In this document: piece after piece, positions 6,553-11,252 of the stretch
How the letters are laid out: each line of letters begins with the position of its first letter
How positions within the stretch are numbered: position 1 is the stretch's first letter
Source: Fidelibacterota bacterium
Lineage (GTDB): Bacteria > Fidelibacterota > Marinisomatia > Marinisomatales > S15-B10
Direction: 5' to 3'
Length of the DNA: 11,252 nucleotides
NCBI GenBank assembly: GCA_046861655.1
Contig: JBHIAI010000053.1
Coordinates: forward strand, 1-11,252
Notes under the pieces: model-generated
Databases searched by the model: none
What the model was told of the DNA's origin: nothing
The model's input: the letters and a program-made list of their open reading frames with translations, nothing else
Translations under genes and position numbers: made by a program

Positions 6553-6564
6553 GAATATCCTACA
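6543..6564 (-). promoter_or_regulatory. Putative operator, copy 1 of a 22-nt motif
   Basis: TGTAGGATATTCTTGTCCTTGT on minus; 18/22 identical to the plus-strand copy at 6674-6695; overlaps the -35 element. Confidence 0.5.
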
Positions 6565-6673
6565 AGAGTTACTGCTTTTGGCTGCCGATCGTTGAAAAAT
6601 ATGCTTGATTTCGAATGGCGGCTTCGGTAAAATGTGGTGGCGTCCTCGGGTAAGGGGTCCATCTCGCGGCAGG

Positions 6674-6695
6674 TATAGGATGTACTCGTCCTTGT
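6674..6695 (+). promoter_or_regulatory. Putative operator, copy 2 of a 22-nt motif
   Basis: TATAGGATGTACTCGTCCTTGT upstream of the kinase gene at 6742. It overlaps a possible TTGTCG-N16-CATACT promoter (6692-6719). Confidence 0.5.
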
Positions 6696-6741
6696 CGTTT
6701 GGGACGTTCTAAGCATACTGGGTTAGTGAGGGGTGTGAGAC

Positions 6742-8337
6742 GTGAGTCAGACAGAATCAAAGAGGGACAACCTGAGGAAATCCCTGTGGGAGTTCATCCT
6801 CGACCGATCCCCGGAAGCGATATACGTTCTCGCTCCCGATGGAGGGATCGTGGATGCTAATCAGGGTTGTTCGGACATGCTCGGATATTCCCGGAAGGAG
6901 CTCTTGGCCATGACGGTGTTTGACATCCACGCTGGTTTTTCCTGGAAAGACTGGACGAGGCGGTGGAAAACGCTGAAGGAGCGGGGGACGGGTGTGGTGG
7001 AAACGGAGCACAGGACGAAGGAGGGTGATTTGGTTTCCGTTGAGGTCATGGGCAATTATTTCACCTCCAACGGGAAGGAGTTCAACTGCGCGTTCGCCCG
7101 GGAGATCACGGGACGGAAAAAGGCGGAGACAAAGATCCGGTCGCATGCGGAGAGATTGGCGGCTCTCCACGAGGCGAGCGAAGCCCTGGTGACGTCCCTG
7201 GAGTTTTCTCCCGTTGCGGACAAGTGCGCGAGAATCGCCAAGGATCTCCTGAAAGCGGATGGAGCGGTGATTTTCCTGAAAAAACCCCGGGGAAAGTATC
7301 TCGAACCCATCGTTTCCAGGGGGTCCTATGGGAGTGAAGTCCTCTCCATGAGGCTGAGACTGGGGGAAGGTGTGTCGGGGAGGGTGGCCGTCTCCGGAAA
7401 AAGTGAGATCATCAATAGAGTAGACCTTACGGATAACGGTAAGCAGGTTCCCGGCACTCCGGTTGAACCTGAATCGCTGCTTTCGGCGCCTCTCAAGGTC
7501 AAGACAAAGGTCACAGGCGTGATCACTCTGGACCGCCTGGGCGAACGGAAATTCTCTGAAGACGACCTGTCGTTCCTGGAAGACCTTGCCAACATCTGTG
7601 CGGCGGCCATCGAGAACGCCAGGGCTTATGACCAGGCCCGGAAAGAGATCGAGGACCGCAAACAGGCCCAGGAGAACCTGAAACGATCGGAAGAGGAGCT
7701 TCACAGGCTGACTGCTCACCTCCAGAAAGCCAGGGAACAGGAGCGGATCGAAATCGCACGAAAGCTTCAGGATAACCTGGGCCAAGCCATAGCCGATGTG
7801 AAAAGGCATCTGGAGTCGTTGAAAAAGGAATTTCCCCGGCGGGGGAAACTGGTTCAGAAGATAAACGCCTCGTTGAAAACGATGGATGACTCCAGCCAGA
7901 CATTGCTCGGGATTTCAAGGGAATTGAGACCTGTGGAGCTGGAGGAGGTGGGCCTTACGGAAGCCATCAAATCGCAGACGGAACAGTTTCAGGATCGATC
8001 GGGCGTTCTCTGCAAACTTACCACAGATTCCCGGCTGGATTCCCTGGATGCGGACCGGTGCAGCGACATTTTCTGGGTGGTGCAGGAAGCCCTGTCAAAT
8101 GTGGCCCGCCACGCGAATGCCACCAGCGTTGAGGTAGACCTGAAGAGGGAGAAAGGTGACTTGCGGCTCTCGGTGAAGGACGACGGCAAAGGGATCAGTG
8201 AGGAGGAATTGTGGGACCCAACGGCATCGGGAATCCTGGCCATGAGGCAGAGGATGTATCCGTGGGGAGGGAGATTCAGGATTCATGGCCGGAAAGGGAA
8301 GGGGACCAGGGTAGAGGTCATTCTGCCGCTTGAGTAA
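6742..8337 (+). CDS. PAS-GAF-HisKA_3-HATPase kinase-like protein lacking the phospho-accepting His
   Basis: 531 aa, GTG start with GAGGGG upstream. PAS aa ~15-125, GAF ~140-295, H-box reads ERIEIARKLQDNLGQ, N-box QEALSNVARHA, G1 DDGKG, G2 region SGILAMRQR. Confidence 0.92.
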   Translation: MSQTESKRDNLRKSLWEFILDRSPEAIYVLAPDGGIVDANQGCSDMLGYSRKELLAMTVFDIHAGFSWKDWTRRWKTLKERGTGVVETEHRTKEGDLVSVEVMGNYFTSNGKEFNCAFAREITGRKKAETKIRSHAERLAALHEASEALVTSLEFSPVADKCARIAKDLLKADGAVIFLKKPRGKYLEPIVSRGSYGSEVLSMRLRLGEGVSGRVAVSGKSEIINRVDLTDNGKQVPGTPVEPESLLSAPLKVKTKVTGVITLDRLGERKFSEDDLSFLEDLANICAAAIENARAYDQARKEIEDRKQAQENLKRSEEELHRLTAHLQKAREQERIEIARKLQDNLGQAIADVKRHLESLKKEFPRRGKLVQKINASLKTMDDSSQTLLGISRELRPVELEEVGLTEAIKSQTEQFQDRSGVLCKLTTDSRLDSLDADRCSDIFWVVQEALSNVARHANATSVEVDLKREKGDLRLSVKDDGKGISEEELWDPTASGILAMRQRMYPWGGRFRIHGRKGKGTRVEVILPLE

Positions 8338-8448
8338 CCGGCCCGGAAGTTCCCTGATTCTGCCGTCAGGACCGGTTTGAGACCCCCTTCCAAGGGGGTT
8401 TTTCATAACGGGAAATACTGAATCGTCCATCGCAAGGACGGAGAGGTA

Positions 8449-8492
8449 ATGTAGGACAAATACCTACGGTATTTTGGGGTTTTGTCCTACAT
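8449..8492. promoter_or_regulatory. Perfect 12-bp inverted repeat, probable operator array
   Basis: ATGTAGGACAAA (8449-8460), 20 nt, TTTGTCCTACAT (8481-8492). It contains GTAGG-N7-CCTAC and a nested AAATACC-TAC-GGTATTT. Confidence 0.6.
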
Positions 8493-8531
8493 GATCTCCG
8501 ATCCAGGTTTCCTATTCTTTGCGTAGGGGAA

Positions 8532-11186
8532 TTGTCAAGATTGGGCAAGAAATTCTTGAAAGATAAACAGAAATCCAGGGATCAGCTTGCCCGGGAATTG
8601 GAGGAATCACGCCGGCGGGTTGCTGAGCTGGAAACCCGTGCGTCCGGGCAGGAAAAAGCGGAGCAGAGCCTGCTCAAGAGCGAGGAAAGATTCCGGGCCA
8701 CCCTGGACAGTATGATGGAAGGGTGCCAGATCATCGGACGTGACTGGCGTTACCTGTATGTCAACGACGCTGTGGCGACCCACGGCCGTAAGAAGAAGGA
8801 AGAACTCCTGGGCCGTACCATGATGGAAGCGTATCCGGGTATCGAAGAGACGGAGATGTTCGGCTATCTCCGGCGGTGTATGGAGAAGCGGATTCCCTAC
8901 AGGATGGAAAACGAATTTGTCTTTGCCGACGGAAGCAAGGGGTGGTTCGATCTAAGCGTTCAGCCTGTGCCCGAGGGCATATTGGTGCTTTCTTTGGACA
9001 TCACCGAACACAAAAAGTTGGAGGAGGCCATCCGTAAAAGAAGCGAGGATCTCGCCCTGGTCAATACCGTGAACGAGGCGATCAATCAGGGCCGGACTTT
9101 CCCGGAGGTGCTTACGCTGTTAGCGAAGGGAGTACGGAAGATCTTCTCCGGTTTGGGAGCGAGCGTGTACCTGTTCGATCCCGGTGGGCAACACCTTGAG
9201 TTGAAACAACTGTCAATGCCGCAGAAGGAACTCAGGAAGATCGAAACCTTGATCGGGCGGAAAACCCAGGGGTTGAAGATTCCTGTTGTCAAGGGAAGCC
9301 CCTTCAAGAAGGTGCTCGACTCCGGAGAACCCCAGGTTGTCAACGATCCGGAAACCGTTCGAAAACGGATGGAGGAATTCGTGATCGATGTGGCGGAGCC
9401 GGGGGCCAAGACTCGCAAGGCAATCCAGGAAGTAATCCCACAGATTTGCAGAAACCTGAATATCCACTCAGCGGTTCGTCTGCCTCTTATTTCAGGGGCA
9501 GAGGCCATGGGCATCATGGACATATCGCGATCCGAGCCTTTTGGCGAATCAGACCTGCGCAGACTCAAGTTCATTTCAGAAGGATTGACATTGGCCATCA
9601 GGCGGAAACAGCTGACTGATGAACTGGCGGAATCGCAGAAACAGTACCGGGACCTTGTGGAGAACGCCCTCATCGGCATCTATAAGACCAGCCTGGCGGG
9701 CGACATCCTGTACGTGAACGACGCCGTCGTCGAGATGCTGGAGTTCGAGTCTGCCGAGCAACTGATGTCACAGGGGGCCGTCGTCCGGTATAAGAATCCT
9801 GAGGACAGGGAAGTCTTGATCCAGAATCTCAAACAGCACGGCTCCGTGGTCGGTCATGAAGTGGAGTTGCTTACCCGGACGGGCAAAACAAAACATGTCC
9901 TGCTCAGCGGGACTCTGGTCGGGGAATTCCTGTCGGGAATGATCATGGACATTACGGAACGAAAAAAGGCGGAAAAGGAACTGGCTTCCCGCATCTCACG
10001 GATGGAGGCCCTGCATGAAGCCACGCGGAGTCTGGCCGCTTCCCAGGATTTGCAGGAGGTACTGGACCTGTGCGCCTCGCTGGCTGTCGATTTGATCGGA
10101 GCTACCGGGGCCGTGATCTTCCTGAAGGAAAAGAGAGGGAGGAAAAAAATTCTGACGCCCGTGACCGCCCGGGGTCCTTACGGACAGGATATCATGTCTA
10201 TGACCCTGGAGCTTGGCGAAGGCATTTCTGGACGAGTGGCCGCCGCGGGGAAGAGCCAGTTGGTCAACAGGGTGGACCTGACGGACCGGGGAAGGCTTGT
10301 CCCGGGTACCCCCCTGGAACCCGAGTCCCTGATGTCGGCTCCCCTGAAATTCGAGAAGAAGGTCACGGGGGTTATTACCGTGAGCCGGCTGGGAGATCGC
10401 ACATTTTCAGAGAACGACCTTTCGTTTCTGGAGACTCTCGCCTACATTTCGGCTGCCGCCATCGAGAACAGCCGGCTTTTCGCTCTGACTCAGAAGGAAA
10501 TCGACGAAAGGAAGAACACGGAAGCGGAACTCCGGAGGCTTTCCCGGCATATTTTTCAGGCCAGGGAACAGGAAAGGGTTGAAGTGGCCCGGGAACTGCA
10601 CGACGATCTGGGACAAGTCCTGACGGCCATCAAGATGGACCTGGTTTCCACCGCGAAAAACCTCCCTGAACAGAAAAGTGCTCTAACCCAGCGGATCGAA
10701 AGGTCGCTGAAGACCATCGAAGCCGGCCTCTCCAGCGTTCGAAGGATATCGAAAGAGTTGAGACCGCCGCTGCTCGACGAGGCCGGACTCGCCGCGGCCA
10801 TTGAGTGGCAGGTTGAAGACTTTCAGAATCGGTTTGGGGTTGAGAGTGAACTTCTCATACACACGGATATTGATCATCTTGACCGCGATCGATCCATCAC
10901 TGTTTTTCGCATCGTTCAGGAGGCCCTGAATAACGTAGGTCGACACGCGAATGCATCAAGAATAGAAATTGTCGTCTGGAAGGAAAACAGTCACCTGCGA
11001 CTTGAGATCAAGGATAACGGCAAGGGGATCGCCCAGGAGGAAATCGGCAAGATCGATTCCTTCGGCATCGTTGGCATGAAGGAAAGGGTTCATCCCTTCG
11101 GAGGCGACCTGGAGGTTACGGGACAGGAGGGGATTGGGACGGTGGTCGCCGCCCGTATTCCCCTTGCGAGAAAGAGAAGAAAATGA
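8532..11186 (+). CDS. Soluble PAS-GAF-PAS-GAF HisKA_3 (NarX/UhpB-class) sensor histidine kinase
   Basis: 884 aa. Two PAS domains ending DITEHKK and DITERKK, two GAF domains, H-box VARELHDDLGQ, N-box QEALNNVGRHA, DNGKG, FGIVGMKER. Start uncertain (TTG at 8532, 8541 or 8556). Confidence 0.94.
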   Translation: MSRLGKKFLKDKQKSRDQLARELEESRRRVAELETRASGQEKAEQSLLKSEERFRATLDSMMEGCQIIGRDWRYLYVNDAVATHGRKKKEELLGRTMMEAYPGIEETEMFGYLRRCMEKRIPYRMENEFVFADGSKGWFDLSVQPVPEGILVLSLDITEHKKLEEAIRKRSEDLALVNTVNEAINQGRTFPEVLTLLAKGVRKIFSGLGASVYLFDPGGQHLELKQLSMPQKELRKIETLIGRKTQGLKIPVVKGSPFKKVLDSGEPQVVNDPETVRKRMEEFVIDVAEPGAKTRKAIQEVIPQICRNLNIHSAVRLPLISGAEAMGIMDISRSEPFGESDLRRLKFISEGLTLAIRRKQLTDELAESQKQYRDLVENALIGIYKTSLAGDILYVNDAVVEMLEFESAEQLMSQGAVVRYKNPEDREVLIQNLKQHGSVVGHEVELLTRTGKTKHVLLSGTLVGEFLSGMIMDITERKKAEKELASRISRMEALHEATRSLAASQDLQEVLDLCASLAVDLIGATGAVIFLKEKRGRKKILTPVTARGPYGQDIMSMTLELGEGISGRVAAAGKSQLVNRVDLTDRGRLVPGTPLEPESLMSAPLKFEKKVTGVITVSRLGDRTFSENDLSFLETLAYISAAAIENSRLFALTQKEIDERKNTEAELRRLSRHIFQAREQERVEVARELHDDLGQVLTAIKMDLVSTAKNLPEQKSALTQRIERSLKTIEAGLSSVRRISKELRPPLLDEAGLAAAIEWQVEDFQNRFGVESELLIHTDIDHLDRDRSITVFRIVQEALNNVGRHANASRIEIVVWKENSHLRLEIKDNGKGIAQEEIGKIDSFGIVGMKERVHPFGGDLEVTGQEGIGTVVAARIPLARKRRK

Positions 11187-11252
11187 TCAACGTTCTTGTG
11201 GCGGACGATCACAGGCTTGTGCGTCAGGGACTGATGGAGATTCTTTCTGAGT
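11183..11252 (+). CDS. NarL/LuxR-type response regulator, N-terminal fragment
   Basis: ATG overlaps the kinase stop (ATGA 11183-11186). MINVLVADDHRLVRQGLMEILSE matches the typical DDH-x-LVR-x-GL start of NarL-family receivers. Confidence 0.88.
   Translation, partial: MINVLVADDHRLVRQGLMEILSE

Noticed and set aside
6079..6595. Alternative ORFs over the repeat (6079-6459+, 6153-6422+, 6159-6389-, 6314-6595+)
   Set aside because: Their repeat units differ in amino acids, and none has the SD, promoter and signal peptide that support the 6489-6277 frame.
6757..10946. Long antisense and off-frame ORFs (6757-7809-, 9086-9679-, 10070-10582+ and others; likewise 1642-2136+ and 4565-5314+)
   Set aside because: They are shadows of well-supported genes with no recognisable motifs.

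Overview
Signal-transduction-rich bacterial window with no mobile element, CRISPR array, rRNA or tRNA. Minus strand, left: a PAS histidine kinase and a REC-PAS protein cut off at the window edge. Next is a ~1.4 kb mostly non-coding stretch holding an unannotated 53-aa membrane-peptide ORF and two candidate multi-branched RNA structures, then a plus-strand pair (small His/Cys-motif protein, SnoaL-like protein). Right: two paralogous soluble PAS/GAF HisKA_3 kinases, the first lacking its phospho-accepting His, followed by the start of a NarL/LuxR-type response regulator. The most striking element is a co-oriented minus-strand pair. One gene encodes a 70-aa lipoprotein ending in five exact copies of SGTDQNS, whose DNA differences are all synonymous, under a near-consensus sigma70 promoter. 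It lies directly upstream of a TPR protein with two tandem Fis-like HTH domains. This resembles an undescribed RRNPP-like peptide signalling cassette with a multi-copy precursor. Alternatively the repeat is a natural tandem array of D-Q-N-S-S bacterial N-glycosylation sequons. All calls were made by eye; no database searches or folding programs were run.
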